Shown: positions 1 to 15,242, numbered from the stretch's first letter. The stretch is 64,000 nt of DNA from Tubiluchus corallicola (GCA_030141605.1 JAQGDQ010000247.1:124001-188000), one strand, 5' to 3'. The notes: generated by a model not told the origin, from the sequence alone. Numbers and translations are program-made.

Positions 1-514
1 AATGAAAAAATCTGTAATGTTTCAACCATAACATGGTCACGATCACGCAATTCTACCTAATAAAAACATAATGTACAAAAATTAATATCGAGTTTAAAAA
101 ATCCACATTATGAAAAGCAAACAAAACAATTTCTAAATGTTATTGTTGAAACGTTGCAGATAATTGTGGTGAAATAAATAGTCATGTCTTTGCTTAAGTG
201 GGTGCTGGAAGTTATTTTCTTCTTAAGTGTTGAATTAATATTGTTGATGTAAATTTTCATTTGCCACATGACAGAGTAATAATATGAATTGTCTGTCAAA
301 ATTATACAATGCGTGAAAGTCTTAATAGTTAAATTCTTTCTTTCACATGCTCTTGTTTGACAATGAGAAATTTCAATACTTAATTTTACCCCAATAAACA
401 AATCAATTACAGATACTAGGTCGTCGTTTTAGTTTTGGGCTGCGAAACAAAACAAAGCTCCTCTGGATTCTGCATTGATTATGGAACATTCAACACCTAA
501 GGGTGAACATTGCT

Positions 515-804
<290 letters not shown>

Positions 805-1537
805 CTATAATGTTATTAATGAAATTATCTAACTAGAAATGTTATCTTAATTAATAATGAATATTTTAGGAAATTAAAACACATACTTTTCGTAGCATGT
901 CATCTAACATACAAAATAGAACACTGAATTTGTGATAAAAATAACCACTTATGACAAGTTTTATTATCAGCACTTATAAACAAAAAGAGAACAAAATACA
1001 CAAAAGCTCTAAAGTAACATCAATGAGATACCAGGCCATGGAACAACTATGTCAGGAACCAAGGATGTAGTAACCTCTATACGCTTTTATACTGGCATTG
1101 CAGGTTAGCTGGCTTCTTATATTACAATTGCTCCCAAACAAGATGTCTGATTCTACACAAAAGGGGTTGAGTCGCTGCTAACCTGGAGGTAGGGCTCTCA
1201 GAGGACCCTATACTTGACCCGACAACACGTACCTCCGTAACAATATAATTCTCGTGTTATATTTAAGTAAATATGTGCTTTAAAATAAAAGATTAATCAT
1301 CGTTAATCAGCTTCATCAATCTTTCTTAATTGATCTTAATCAGTTGTTACACCTTAGTGCTGAATGGGAGACTAATAGAAGACGTATTTTATTGTTATAC
1401 ATTGTGTCAGCCAATCAACAATACATTGAGTTGTTTTATTAGCAGAGCACAACAAATTAGTAAGCTATGGACTTCACCTATTTCAAAGATTGACTAAATG
1501 AAATCTATAAAAACAAAACACGGAACATCTAATTCCA

Positions 1538-1553
1538 GTCGCTAGATGGCGCA
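1538..1553 (+). promoter_or_regulatory. CTCF-like motif
   Basis: GTCGCTAGATGGCGC resembles the CTCF core CCRCYAGRKGGCRS. Confidence 0.4.
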
Positions 1554-2074
1554 GCGACAGTGTTCTCCTATGCTGACTTGCGAAGCTGTCCGAGTGATCG
1601 CGTTGTTGTCAGCTGCTGTATCACAAGGATTCAGAATTTGCATTAATATTCCTATGGTACGTGTAACGTATTAGGTGGCGCAAAAAAGTGCCGAAGTTTT
1701 GATCACGATATTACAAGAAGAAAATAACAGAATCATTTGCAAATTACAGCACTGGTGTTACAGACGTTTCTGTATAAAAATCAAAAATTTTAGGTCGTCC
1801 CTTAGGTTTGTCCAAAGATACAGGAGCTTTAAACTACAAGTCAAAAAATAATTCTACTTACAGTAATCCATATGACTAAGTCCCGTTTTTAGACAACACC
1901 TCTTTATAATGTTTTATTCTCTGTGATGCCATCTATTAAGTACTTTAAAAATCAACATGGCTATTTTTCAGTTAATGAATATAGCTGATATCGTTCTGGC
2001 ATTTGATTTTTTTTAACAAAAAAAGTTTTTAGCCTTGATTATTATTAAGGAATTATTAAAATTATCAACTATAC

Positions 2075-2475
2075 ATTGCAAAACAATGCAAAATTGTACA
2101 GCAATACAAAACAATTGCACAACAATACAAAACCATTTCAGAACAATACAAAACAACTTCGGAGCACCACAAAACATTGTACAACATTATAAAACCATTT
2201 CAGAACAATACAAAACAATTTCGGAGCACCACAAAACAATTGTACAACATTACAAGACCATTTCAGAACAATACAAAACAATTTCAGAACAATGCAAAAC
2301 AATTGTACAACATTACTAAACCATTTCAGAACAATACAAAACAATTTCAGAACAAAACAAAACAATTGTAAAACATTACAAAACCATTTCAGAACAATAC
2401 AAAACAATTGCACAACAATACAGACAATTGCACAACAATACAAAACAATAGCAAAACAATATAAAACAATTGCTA
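2075..2475. repeat. minisatellite, ~21-bp unit (ACAATACAAAACMATTKCAGA-like)
   Basis: Roughly 19 imperfect tandem copies. It explains the repetitive ORFs at 2035-2546. Confidence 0.9.
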
Positions 2476-3969
2476 AGAAGAATTTTTTTATTATTTCAAA
2501 GAAACCAAGTTCCCTCGAATGTCATTCCCCTCTCTCATCAAGGTAATTAATTACGAAGACGCGCACTATATAACAATAAACATTTTTCTGATTTACATAT
2601 AAAGTTGAACATACGCGCAATATGTCAGCAACCTGGAAAACTGAATTATTAATTACTGATATTAAAATATGATCGATTAATCCAGTATACAGCACGAGGT
2701 AGAAGCACTCAGCGGTAATGATACAGGTGTTGTATTTAATCGTAGAACAATTTGAGTGAGCAAACGTGGTAATTGTGTACTGTAAGAACGACCAGAGAAA
2801 AATCCCAGAACTGGTTTTGTGTGAAAGTGACAATTTATTCAGCTCAGGGTAATTAACTTAGATTTTGTAAGAGGCGTAAAACAGAAGAAAATGAAATCAC
2901 ATTTCTTACAGGATGTGACAGTTTTAATGATTCAATTAATTGGATTTATCAGTTAAATGAGCGTATCTCCGCTTTCTAAAGTACTGAAATTGATTTTTCA
3001 CTTTGACAGGAATTTGTAAAATGTGAACCAAATTTATAAGTTTTTGTTTTTCTGTTATTTACGTGTTTATTTGCTGTTCATCTGTCAATTTGACAAAGTT
3101 TGTGTTTATTTTTACATTTATGAGAATCGATCTGTTGGTTAGTTGTAACTGTTGTTTTTATTATTTGTTGGCAGCCTTATTGGTCTGTTGGTTATTTATT
3201 GGATTGAATGACTGTTTTGTTTGTTGTTTGTTGGTTGGTCAGTCGGTCAGTCGCTCGGTTGGTCGGTTGGTGGGTTCGTGGGTAGGTTAGTAGGTGTTGT
3301 GCAATCCACAATATGGTAAACTTACTGGTTGACTGACAGGTGGGACTGACTAGCCGAGTGACTTCGACTGGCTAACAAAGAATCTGATTGAGTGACCAGC
3401 AACCAGACAGAGTAACTGGCTGATTAACGAATTAATTAATTTCTCTTTGATTACTGGATTGAATTATCAGCTGGCTGTCATATTATTTCGATAGTTAACT
3501 AAATAAATTAATCTAAAAATAAGTTTGTTAGAAAAATAAAGGAAAAAATAAAGTATCTGGCTGATACAGTGACTCTGTGTGAGTATGTGTTGAGCGAGTG
3601 AATGAAAGATCAGAAAAGAAGGAGTAGGCTCTCAACTAATTAACTAATAGTCTAATTTTCCCAGTGACTGATATTAAATGCAAAAAGAGACTAATTATTA
3701 AATTACACGTTTAATTACACGCAACTGTAACTGCGTAGAAAACAACAGTTACCAGGTAATAATAATTTCGTAGGATATTATTGTGTAACCAAGAAATTCC
3801 TATACAGTTTGCACCGTCCTCAGCCATGTTTAATGGAGTTGAGCAAATATTTTAGGTAAACCCCTAAGCGCTAAAACAGACAGAGAATTCAAACAATACA
3901 AATTTACAGTATTTCGGGCAATAAGTCAACCTCTAACGAGGTTTATTTTTCGGTTTTCTATGTCTGTGT

Positions 3970-4384
3970 TAGGGGATGAGCATTCTCTACAAGAAAGCAA
4001 ATTCGAATCGCATCGAATTTGTGACTTTGGAACTCGAATTAAAGCGAACTTGGCCATTTTCGAATCCGAATCGAATAATAATTTATTTTAAAGAATTTCG
4101 AATAAATTTCCGAATCGCTTATAAAAACTGTCTCGCAGAAATCATGCATATTCTTTGATTTTGTTCTGCAGTAAAAACACCAATAATTTGTTTAAAAATT
4201 GCTAACAGAAATCACTGCTAAGTTGTGCTGTTTGCATGTTGTTTCAAACGTCGTAATGATAAAAAGCGAAAGCAGTTGAAGTGTTGAATTATTCGAATCT
4301 ACAATGTTAGGTTCGATCGAATTTGAATTTAAAAAACTCGTTCGAATTGAATTCGAATGTTAGAACGTTTGATGCTCACCCATA
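3970..4384. mobile_element. hAT-like MITE with internal TTCGAA repeats
   Basis: TIRs TAGGGGATGAGCAT / ATGCTCACCCATA, degenerate 8-bp TSD GTCTGTGT / GCCTGCGT, many subterminal TTCGAAT motifs. Confidence 0.75.
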
Positions 4385-4395
4385 GCCTGCGTGTT

Positions 4396-4428
<33 letters not shown>

Positions 4429-4614
4429 GTCATCATCATCATCATCATCATCATCACCACCACCACCACCACCACCATCATCATCATCATTGCCATCACC
4501 ACCACCATCATCATCATCATCATCGTCGTCGTCGTCATTATCATCATCATCATCATCATCACCACCACCGCCACCACCACCATCACCATCATCATCATCA
4601 CCATCATCACTATC

Positions 4615-4646
<32 letters not shown>

Positions 4647-4691
4647 GATCATCATCATCATCATCATCATCATTCGTCTATCATCATCATC
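4396..4691. repeat. compound trinucleotide microsatellite (CAT/CAC/CGT)n
   Basis: Directly visible. Confidence 0.97.
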
Positions 4692-5831
4692 TTGGCTATA
4701 AAAGTCATTTTTGTTTGTCATGTGTGTCTTTGCCAGATTTGAAGACTTTTTCTAAGGCGATTCTCACTGGCACATTCGTTAATCTGAGGTATTCCAGCCA
4801 TCTTAACCGTGGGAGCTTGAGTTTTGAATTCCAAAGATTTTTATTATAGTTCATACAGCCTGTGTGCTAAAAACTATAAGACTATGTTTCTTTTACTTGA
4901 AGGCATTTATTTCAAAATATCTATGATTGCAGTCGGTAGAGACAAAATACAGACAATTGTTAACAGCTACAGATCTATGAGAGTCACTTTGACACCAACC
5001 TTGTCATTGGTCATTAGTATTAATTAATTAGGACAGTAACACATACCACTCAAAGACGTAGCGATTAATCCCAGAACTTATAATCTAAAACACATACATA
5101 CTAACAACAAATAAGCCCATAGATCGATAGGTAAATCAATAATTGTCACGTGGTACGACCTACCGATTGAAGCAAAAAAGAAACTAACACTTCTACTGTT
5201 AAAATTTTATTGAAAAATGTTACATAACAGAGTAAACCGACTGGTCCATAAAGGTGACAAACTAAATAGCAATGGAGACTTCCTTATGATATCTAGGTAA
5301 CTGACATTAAAAATGTTTAACCTCAACGAGTTTTAATTGGTTTTTAAAAAGTTATTTAAATGTCTACATTGCATTATAATGAACGTGATGTTTATGGTTT
5401 GTAAGTTTTAACCGGTTTTGGTTTGTGATGTAATTACGTATATTAGTTTTGCGTCTGAGAGTATGTTTTTTATGTTTGAATTTGTATGATATAACTGTAC
5501 GTATTATTTGCTTGATGTTTGATATCGTTTGTAGTAAGTGTATTAGTTTTATAATGAAATGTTTGTGTTTGATATCGCTTATATTGGTATTTGTTTTTAA
5601 CACGATTGCAAACTTTGTTTTTTTAACTGCCTACACATAATTATTTTACTTGTATATATGATACTTGTGTTTGTATAACAATGGCAATAATAGCCATAAA
5701 GTTCAAGCATGCGAAAATACTGACCTAAATGATATTCGTTTTCAATACTATCGTAAACATTAGTTAATCTGAACTGGTTATGCTTAATTATAATTATTTA
5801 CTTGTATATACGAGTTCTTGTATCTTATAAA

Positions 5832-6139
<308 letters not shown>

Positions 6140-6171
6140 GTATCTTATATCGTATCTTATATATACATAAC

Positions 6172-6234
6172 GTAACAACCAACGTAAGTCGAATCTGGTC
6201 TGTATTTTCGCATGCTTGAAAGATGGCAATAAGA

Positions 6235-6329
<95 letters not shown>

Positions 6330-6330
6330 T

Positions 6331-6421
<91 letters not shown>

Positions 6422-6489
6422 AAAGTTTTTATTTCCGTTTTTCAGGCATGCGAAACTACAGACCAGATTCGACTTACGTTGGTTGTTAC
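6172..6489. repeat. ~70-bp inverted repeat enclosing a (CA)n(TA)n microsatellite
   Basis: GTAACAACCAACGTAAGTCGAATCTGGTCTGTA.. at 6172 is the reverse complement of ..TACAGACCAGATTCGACTTACGTTGGTTGTTAC ending at 6489. Confidence 0.9.
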
Positions 6490-8419
6490 AAATTCGACTG
6501 CCACACCTGAGCTTGGGTAGTGGCAACTGCCTGCAACCAGCCATTCGCTCTTGATTTTTGCCTCGGACGTGTGCTGGTAAAGGAGGCGATGCAACGAATG
6601 CGGGGTGGGTTCTGCACGACTGCTTTACCCCCCGATTCGAATCCAACGCGCAGAGAGATAGGTCAACGTACCGACTGTGTACTGCACACAGGAGTGTGTT
6701 TTAAATTGTGGGTCAGCGAAGTTTGAACATTAGATTTGTAACTGGCTCTAGTTGAACACAAATTGTTGTGTCTTTTCAGCGTGCTGTACAAAACTCACCT
6801 AAGGGTAATTAGTTTTTGCCAAAAATGGATGGTGGCTAGGTTTACCTGTTGGATGTTGCCACGACTTTGCTAGGTAATTACAATTTATGATTGTTTGTAT
6901 GATTTAAGTTGCAATAGTTATACAGTTAAAATAAGTAATTAATTTTATAATTTATCTAAAGGTGTATTTTTCAAGTTTAGATGTAGAAGGTGCTACTTTG
7001 TAAAAACTTTTTACGTAAATTTTCACAACATCGCATTACGAATTTAAAGAAACATTGTGCGAGTTTTTTTCAAGATATATAAATTAAATTAAAAAATTAT
7101 TTAATAACATTATTTGTAGTTTAGTTTGTGAGAATTGTTATTTGTGTTTGGGTAAGCGCTAAAAGGTCTTAAGTTCGAAGCCTATTGGGGTTCTTTTGTC
7201 GCACTCAGAGCTCAAGCTATCATTTATGACGAATGTCATCCAGGTGATAAAATTCCTTACCCGCCCCGCGCCGTTTCTTGGTGTATGTGTGTTGGGGGGG
7301 GGGGAGGGGTACTCCTGTCTGGCCGTAAATACTGTTGTGTTAATGCTAAAACAACAAGGATTTTAAATTCCTTCTATCCTATTGCAATTCGCATGTTCAA
7401 CGGTAAATTTCAGTAGGTTTGCAATATTTTCTACATCACTGTACATAGTTTATTAGCACTTGTGTGGCAACCGATTAAATTTACATATGTGCTAATTTTC
7501 TTGTTGTAGTACGTACAGACACACAAATCTTCACTAAATATATAATATATTCACACTAAACTGCTTACTTAGTTATTTCTTTTGATAAATTGAAGGCTGG
7601 TTAGTGGCTGCCATTTCTGTACCATACTAATTTTCGTCAAAACTTTTTAAAAAGAGGGCCTAACACGTTGAAAAGTTACGTGTCTTCTTTTCTGTCAATG
7701 GTCTAATATGAGTATAGACCTAGACAATAGACTTATTATAACAAATTCATTAGCCAGAGAATTTTCCGTTTACTTATTCTTCTTGAAATGAAGGTTTTAT
7801 TTAGTAGAATAAAAATTTTTAAAGTAAGGAAGTCCACATATAAGAAGGCCGAGGAAAGAAGTAGGTTGTGCTTATTATGTGGAATCATAGATTTAGCTTC
7901 TGCTTTGTGTATCACTCTTAGAGTTAAGAGGAAGAGTCCGCAGCTACATATACACTTGTTGAAGAAGCGTATATATAAATAAGTATGTACATACAGGCCT
8001 GGGCCTTTGCTTTTGTGGTTTGCGTTTCTGTGCTAGTCCCCATTTTATCGTTTTGATAGTCAGATCTTCATACCTGTGGAAATAACATGATTTTTATAGA
8101 CCTAAGTTTTCATTCTCATTATTCATACTTTAATGCTAGTAAATATTGAGTAGACAGATATTCGTCTGACTCGCTGCGTTTAAGATATCTTTTTTGATCA
8201 TTTGGATCAAAAGACGAAACCGACATTTCTAGAATTGGAAAGTACAAAGATGTTGTAGAAAGATCTTGTTAATGAGTGTCTTACCAAGTCTTACTGAGTA
8301 GTCTTAAAATCCCGAACTCGTGGTTTTTAAAATCCAGATCCCGACTTAATAACAAATAAGAATTACGGCCTACTAAAAGTGAAATATACCATAACTGGTC
8401 TGTACTCGTACAAGGTTAA

Positions 8420-9051
8420 AGTACAACGAAACCCTCCACTTACATAAAGCTTAAAAAGCTTGTTTCGAAATTTTACACCACTTACGTACTACCTTTTCGC
8501 ATACAGACGTGCGTCGGCAGTAACGCTGTATAAAATATGTAAGTTTAAACTCCCGCAATGTCCGTTAGATGCAGCCATTTTGAGGACAAGTCATTTAAAA
8601 CCAGTTTAGGTAACACTGAGTAAAGTTTGAAAAAATAATCAGAGCATTTATAGCGCACCCGTCACTAACTAAGTAAAATTTTTAATTACTGTATTTTGTC
8701 AATAAGATTAAAAACACGTTTTTTGGTTAGGGAGTGGTGCACCCTGGAGGGTGAGTCAGCGACATTTTACCAACTGGTGAAAACATTTAAAATCATTAAT
8801 AATTTTCTTATAATAAGTAATATAACTTTGCACCGTGAGTATTTTGGGACAGAGTTCCTTCCCAAATTTACGTTGTGCGTGTATGACGTCATGTAATGTA
8901 ACGGTCGGAACAGTATTGCAGGACATTTAAAATAAAAATAAACAAAAAATCATTTGAATGCGAGTACGATATACGCATAAAATTGCTATAAAGTAATATA
9001 ATTTTTGAGGCGCTTTTTGAAACCGACTTCAGGTGCCCGTTTTCTTGTCCT
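8420..9051 (+). mobile_element. Kolobok-like non-autonomous DNA element, family B
   Basis: TTAA|AGTACAACGAAA ... TTTCTTGTCCT|TTTA. The internal sequence is colinear with 16404-17033. Confidence 0.75.
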
Positions 9052-9653
9052 TTTACGCATACTAACATAATTGCGGAAACCAAAGAGAGAAAAAAGAAAA
9101 AACTGAGAACAACGCAAATGAAAAACAACAAAGGTCTAAACATTGTACATCCAGAGGTTGTCATTGTATCCGTATCTTGTGTTTCTCTTTTCAAAAGCGG
9201 CTCGTTAAGCAGGAAAGACGGTGGTCTAAGGGCAAAAGTCCCACGAATACGTATTTGATGTTTAGACCGGGACTGGTGGGTCACAGTTTTTTATTCATGT
9301 AGAAGAAATGTGTGTACACGGAGATGAATGGTGTCCATGTAATGACGACGACCTTCTATCTTTAGCTGCTTTAGAACAATTACTGTAATCAGTGAATTGA
9401 GAAAAAAAGCACTCAAACGGACATCCGCTAGCCTAATGCTCAAGCTAAAATGGGCAGAAGCACGATATCCGCCATCACTACAAACTACAGCCAACAAAAA
9501 GCTCAAAATTTGTCTCACTGGAAAAATTCAAGTCTTATTACAAATGAGATATTATGAGTGTTTAATACTTAACTTTCTACAAAGAGAAATTTTTTTAACT
9601 GTTACGTTTCAGTTACGCACAAGTATCATCGGGCAATCAGAAAAGTATGTTAA

Positions 9654-10259
9654 AGGAAGACAGGATGATTTTTCATATTTTATCTCATTATCAAATCCGA
9701 TAAAAAGTACACATTTTAACACAGTTAATATTGCAAGTGTTTCTGATAAGTAAATAATAGATTAAAAACTTAATTAACGGTGGGCGAGCAAAACTATTGA
9801 TGACATCACAAACTAACATAATTTTCAACAGCAAAAATATTCCACGAGCGTGTTGTACGTGTTTGCGAAAGCTAAAATTGAAGTACAGTTCTACTGTAAG
9901 ATATTCAGTGTGTTGTAATAAAACTAGGCTTGTTTTAGGATAAAAATTCAAATTTCAAATTTACCGCTGTGCTCACGCATGAGCTGTAGAACGTCGCACA
10001 CTAACACTTCTGAACTGAGACGTACAGCACCTGGTTTCTGTGCAATGCGTTTCCGAAATGCAGGCGCTAGTACCCGTCTGAATATCGTATGGCGAAATTC
10101 ATGCAACAGCGAAGAACTAGTCGCGTGAACGTGAAATTGTATTTGTGTGGTAATAATTCTTTCACGTAAGTTATTTTTGAAAAAATCGTATGTTTCCATT
10201 TAATATTTTAATCAGTAGATTATTTTGACCTACAGTTTAAGATTGGTTCCGGTTTTGCT
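9654..10259 (+). mobile_element. Kolobok-like non-autonomous DNA element, family A
   Basis: TTAA|AGGAAGACAGGA ... TCCGGTTTTGCT|TTAA (TTAA TSD, AG..CT termini). Colinear with 24571-25189 and 44508-45115. Confidence 0.85.
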
Positions 10260-11204
10260 TTAACTTATGGCGTCAGCTTGCCTAACGATTGCTACTAGTG
10301 TACAGCTAAAACGTTTCTTTTAGTAAAAAAAATTGTGGTGTAATAAATATTTATGTTTTTCATTCGTATTAATAATTTGTTAACTTAACAAAAGTTGATT
10401 TATCTAAAGAAAACGATTAGAACAGAATGGTAAAAAGAGAAGGTATAGCACCTCTCCAGGATCTTTTCTGTTTTCTTTTTGCTTTGAGATGTGCAATTTA
10501 ACGATTGATAACAAATTCACTTAGAATTCAAAACGTATTACTCTTATACATTTTACTATAAAATTCGAGCACATCTGTTATATTATCGTTGGTTTGGTAT
10601 TAACATTTCGAAGTAATTAATTCCTCTTTAATCCGTTGATAAACTCATTTAAAAATTCTACTGGTTAATTTTACGTAATTATACCAGCACCAGAGACTAT
10701 TGCACAGGTGCACAGGTGTGTTGTTTACCTGTCAGGTAATTTCACTTAACCAAACTGCTGTAGAAAAACTTGTTTTTGTCTAAGAATTCTATTTGATTAA
10801 ATCTGATGAACTTGTTTTTATGTTTAATTCAAATTCGCCTTTGTCTATATTGACTGATTAAGTTTTTACTAGCGCCATTTTATGCGTTCGTGTAGGCAAG
10901 CTGTACGATGCAGTGTTTTTAGAGTTTGAAGTACCTTGAGGTTGAAGTACACTCTAAAGTAATAACTCTCAAATAGGAAGCACTTCCTGTTTCTTGAGTT
11001 TGAGTACTGTGTAGGTGAAATACACTAATTTGTAGTAATTCTGAAACAATTGGCTCCCCGAAAGAGGAATTTGAACAAGGGGAGGAATTTTAGTCAAAGT
11101 AGGGACTGTAGACTGGGATCTAATGTATTCTGTTCACTATGTGTACCTATATATCAAATGATACGTACGGAAGATACTGGAAAAGAAATTTCATATTTTT
11201 TGCA

Positions 11205-11733
11205 ACGAGGTAGTTGAGAATCAATTGTAATCGATATTTAAAACGGGATAAAAGGCAATTTTAAAGTATATCCAAAAATTTTTCAATACTATATTACAAT
11301 AAAACTACTACTTCAAAGCTATATTACTTCGCACTAAAGAAGAGTCAAGTAACTGCAAAAGAAAAAATTTGAAATTTTCCCGCCACCTGGCAAAACGTCA
11401 CTGACTGACCTTCCCAGTGTGCACTACTAACTCACAAAAAGCCGTTTTTGGCCATGTTGGCAATATAAAGTAACTAAAAATAGTTAGTGAAGAGAATACT
11501 ACGAATGTTCTGATTATTATTTCAAACTTTACGCGATGATATCTAAACTTATTTCAAACGACTTACCGTTAAAATGGCTGCTCTTAACGGTTGTCGCAGT
11601 AGTTGAAATTTATAAGTTTTATATAGCGTTACTGCTAACGCAAGCTCTGTAGGCAAGAAGGCTTCATGTAAGTGATCTAAATTCTCAAGACGATATTTAT
11701 AAGCTTTATTTATAAAGAGTGTTTTCTTGTCTT
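11205..11733 (-). mobile_element. family B-related MITE, diverged, reverse orientation
   Basis: Reverse-complement similarity to 8420-8700 and 21285-21750 (AAAATGGCTGC, AGCGTTACTG). Ends near GTTTTCTTGT. Confidence 0.6.
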
Positions 11734-11786
11734 GTAAAAATCGTCCGCATTTCATATTTAGTTCTGTGTCCGAATTGCTTTGATCA

Positions 11787-12780
11787 GCTTATTATCATGT
11801 AAAACTATAAATATTTTGGGTTTTGGGTGGTGTTTGTTGTTGCAATATCCATTTGGAAAATGTCATACAGAAGTCATTTTCCAAGCCACTTTAATGTAGG
11901 TTTAATTGTTTTAATTAACAAGCTTATTACCATGTAAAACTATATATAGTTGGAAAACTATTGGAGTAAAATTTCACGACGCTAAAGGAAATAAAGAAAC
12001 CCCATGCTTCCATAACCTCTTTGTGTGCCGCTTGCTTTTTTGTTGTCTGCAATATCCATTTGGAAAATGTCAGAGAAGTCTAAGCTTTTTCCAGACCACA
12101 TTAATGTAAGTTTAATTGTATTAATTTACAAGCTTATTACCATGTATTTATTTAGATATTTATTTATTAATGTCGAAAATACATACGAGACATACATACA
12201 ATTTCAATTTTGAAATATAATGACACAAAATTCAAACAAAATGATTACTAATAAAACAAGTATTGTTAAATCTTCCTGTTAGTTATATTAGTTATTTAAT
12301 TAAAAGTTTAATGATCAGTATTTAAAATAAATTGTATCATCAGGCCTCATTTTCAATGATGTGATCATTATATAGTATTAGTATTGTTCTTCATGTCTTA
12401 GAAACGCTTTTTCAATATAATTAATAAATGCCTTAATTACTTCTAAATCAGTACTTCCCATCAAGAATCAAAATTTATCAGCATCGCTCATAAGGAAAAA
12501 TTCTGATATAATTACATTTATGTGATTATATAATTTTTCTCTAAGATCATTAATAGTGTAAAACTATAAATAGTCAAAAATTATCAGTGACATTTCAAGA
12601 CGATAGAGGAATAAAGGAAAATAAGGTACCAAAACGAGAGGAACGTAATCTCGGTTGCTCTTGTACCCCATGGCTCCATTACCTCTTTTGTGTACCACTT
12701 GCTTTCTTGTTGTGTTAGTGTCTGTTTGAAAAATGTCGTACAAAAGTGGATTTTTTAAGCAAGTTTAATGTAGGTTTACC
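11787..12780. repeat. degenerate tandem repeat, ~200-bp unit, about 3 copies, interrupted by a LINE fragment
   Basis: Recurring GCTTATTAYCATGTAAAACTATA, TGCAATATCCATTTGGAAAATGTC and TTAATGTARGTTTA blocks. Confidence 0.7.
12146..12557 (-). mobile_element. 5'-truncated CR1/L2-group LINE 3' end
   Basis: Minus strand reads DLREKLYNHINVIISEFFLMSDADKF*FLMGSTDLEVIKAFINYIEKAFLR, similar to the LINE end at 21766. Inserted at TGTA within a tandem unit. Confidence 0.6.
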
Positions 12781-13404
12781 GTCTACGATGCTAAATTAAA
12801 TCAAGTGAGGTAGTGATTGCTACTTCGAAATATGCGAAAGTGGAATTCGAAATATTATTAGGTCAGATTTTAATTCTGTTTATAGCTCAAGTTATGATAT
12901 TGTACCTACAGCTGTCAACCAGTTCAGCATTCATATAGGTGATGAATCTAGAGCACGTTATTAGATGAAATTGTAGTGACATATCTGTTTCTGCATCAGA
13001 AATACCGTTATTGCAGCTTGTCTCAGTTTTCAATTACAATTCTGTATTTTTGCATTATTTGTGGTTTATTACTAATAGTATTACTTACAATACCTGCGTG
13101 GTTATTGTCAATTACATATTTGCACAGTGTTATTATAGAAGCCAGCTGTGCAACTGCTTGTGGTGTAGTACTAATCAGTTGTGTAATAATTATACCTGTT
13201 ACTATATAAATCTTATATAAAAATGGACTGTGAAACTGCTTGTGGTTTGTTATAAAATGCGCGATTTATGTGAATATGAAGGGAATCGCGTTTTCCTAGG
13301 GGAATAAGAATTTATTCATCACTGGCCCCCTAAAATCTGGCGCCCTAGGTTACTGCCTACTTAGCCAATTGGTAAATATGTCCGTGTAGCTTTGAGTCTA
13401 GATT

Positions 13405-13475
13405 GCTATTCGTTTCCCGATTTGAAAGTTAAGCATCGTTGGTTAGCTACGATGCAATACGATGGTGGTTATGAC
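13405..13475 (+). pseudogene. very degenerate 5S rRNA-derived fragment (possible SINE head)
   Basis: CCCGATTTGAAAGTTAAGCATCGTTGG resembles the 5S box A region CCGATCACCGAAGTTAAGCAACGTCGG. Confidence 0.3.
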
Positions 13476-13565
13476 AGAAGCGGGATCTAGTTCGTTACCA
13501 AAAATAGTTTTCTCAAACGATGAGATGGCAAACTGGCTGAGGCGTCGTCTTAGCTACATTTGAAT

Positions 13566-13686
13566 ATTATCATTATTATTATTATTATCATTGTTGTTGT
13601 TGGTGTTGTTGTTGTTGTTGTTGTTGTTGTTGATGATGTTGCAATTGTCGCTGCTATTATTATTATTATTATCATCATCATCATCA

Positions 13687-13718
<32 letters not shown>

Positions 13719-13752
13719 TCATCATCATCATCATCGTAATCATCATTAATCA
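13566..13752. repeat. compound trinucleotide microsatellite (TAT/TGT/CAT/CGT)
   Basis: Directly visible. Confidence 0.93.
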
Positions 13753-15242
13753 TCTTATTTCAGACAGTTAATGTCCATAAAATAAGAATAAAAATAAGGC
13801 ACAAGTAAAAACGCACAGAGCAAGTTTACAAAGTAAGCTTACTATTAAAAATGTTACTTAAAATGGGTATATAAAATTCTCTGACAAGACTTAAAAATGT
13901 TCGATCCAAAAAGTGCGTCAGTATTGTACAGCCAGTTATTAATAACAGCATTTTGACTCCGTAGTGTTAGGATAAGATGTCTTTTCTTAATCAGAGAAAT
14001 AACTAGAGGCAGTATGGTAGAAGTGATTGCCCAGAAATGCAGATTTTTCGCTGATGAACATCCATTCGTTTACATACCAGGTTCAGCGCTGCTAGACATC
14101 AATCGCAGTGTGCATACCATTATCATATATCGTCGATATAGCAAAGAACATGTCGACTTTTTTTACTGAATATAGAAACGCGTTAAGAAAAATCTTAAAC
14201 TTGGCTAGAAATTTTCATTCCAGCATGACATTGTGTGTTGCTGATACATATCTTCTAGATATAATCTTCCATAAGCGAGTTTTAAAGCTCTATTGTAACA
14301 TAAATTTATCTGTTAATCCAGTTCTTTGCTCAATGGCTGTGTTAAATAACCATACTAGTATAAATACTCTAGACAGAAACCGTATTAGAGCACAGACGAA
14401 CCACCACACTTTATGCTTATGGACCTGTCCTACATTCTGTTCTGGACTTTGCATAATGAATATGTAATTGAAGGTTTCACAGTTAATGATATTATTGAAA
14501 TGTTGTATTCGCTACTAACACCATAACGTATGTAGCAATGTAAACAACACTACTTACCCTATTATATATTACATGTAATGCAATCATTATGTGTGAATAA
14601 AGATTATATATATATATATATAAGTAAGTAGGGTATATACATATAGCTATTGATGATAGTTATTATAGCAATAATATTATGACAATAGAACACGAGTGCT
14701 TAATTATCCAATGCCCCCTATGTGCGGGTAACAATTTACAATTTTTCTTGTATTAATCTCAGCTGGTACGGCACAGTTAATAAACCTGTAATAGTTGAAA
14801 ATTACAGTTGCTAGCAACAACAACGCCATCTTTATTACACTTTTTGTCGTTTCTTATGCATTCATAAATTCCTTCTTTGTAATTACCCGTTCATCATAAT
14901 AGTGTAAGTTTGAAAAATATCTCATGAATCAAAATTATCAAACTAAAAACGTCATTATATTGAATACTTAACCACCATGGAAACCAGAGCGCAACAGACA
15001 ACATTTCCATTATTACCGTAATTATCATTATAATAATTATCATCATTATTGCTATTACGTAGCTATGCAGTAGTTTTACGTCAATTTACTTGCTTGCCTC
15101 CTTATAAGGAAATAGTTGAGATGTCTGTAGTTCAACGCAGTCGTCTTCAGTTTGTGTCAAATGAAATCACTTTTTGCTAGAATAGATACATTTTTGCAGT
15201 CGAGTCATAATCAGGGTTATAGGTAGCGGCACTCAGATTTGT

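Noticed and set aside
1669-1700. mariner-like TIR TA|TTAGGTGGCGCAAAAAAG
   Set aside because: No partner TIR found in the window, so the element cannot be delimited.
9691-10199. Similar ORFs at 9691, 20376 and 24586 as a small gene family
   Set aside because: They lie inside copies of the same TTAA-flanked MITE and the frames are not preserved between copies.
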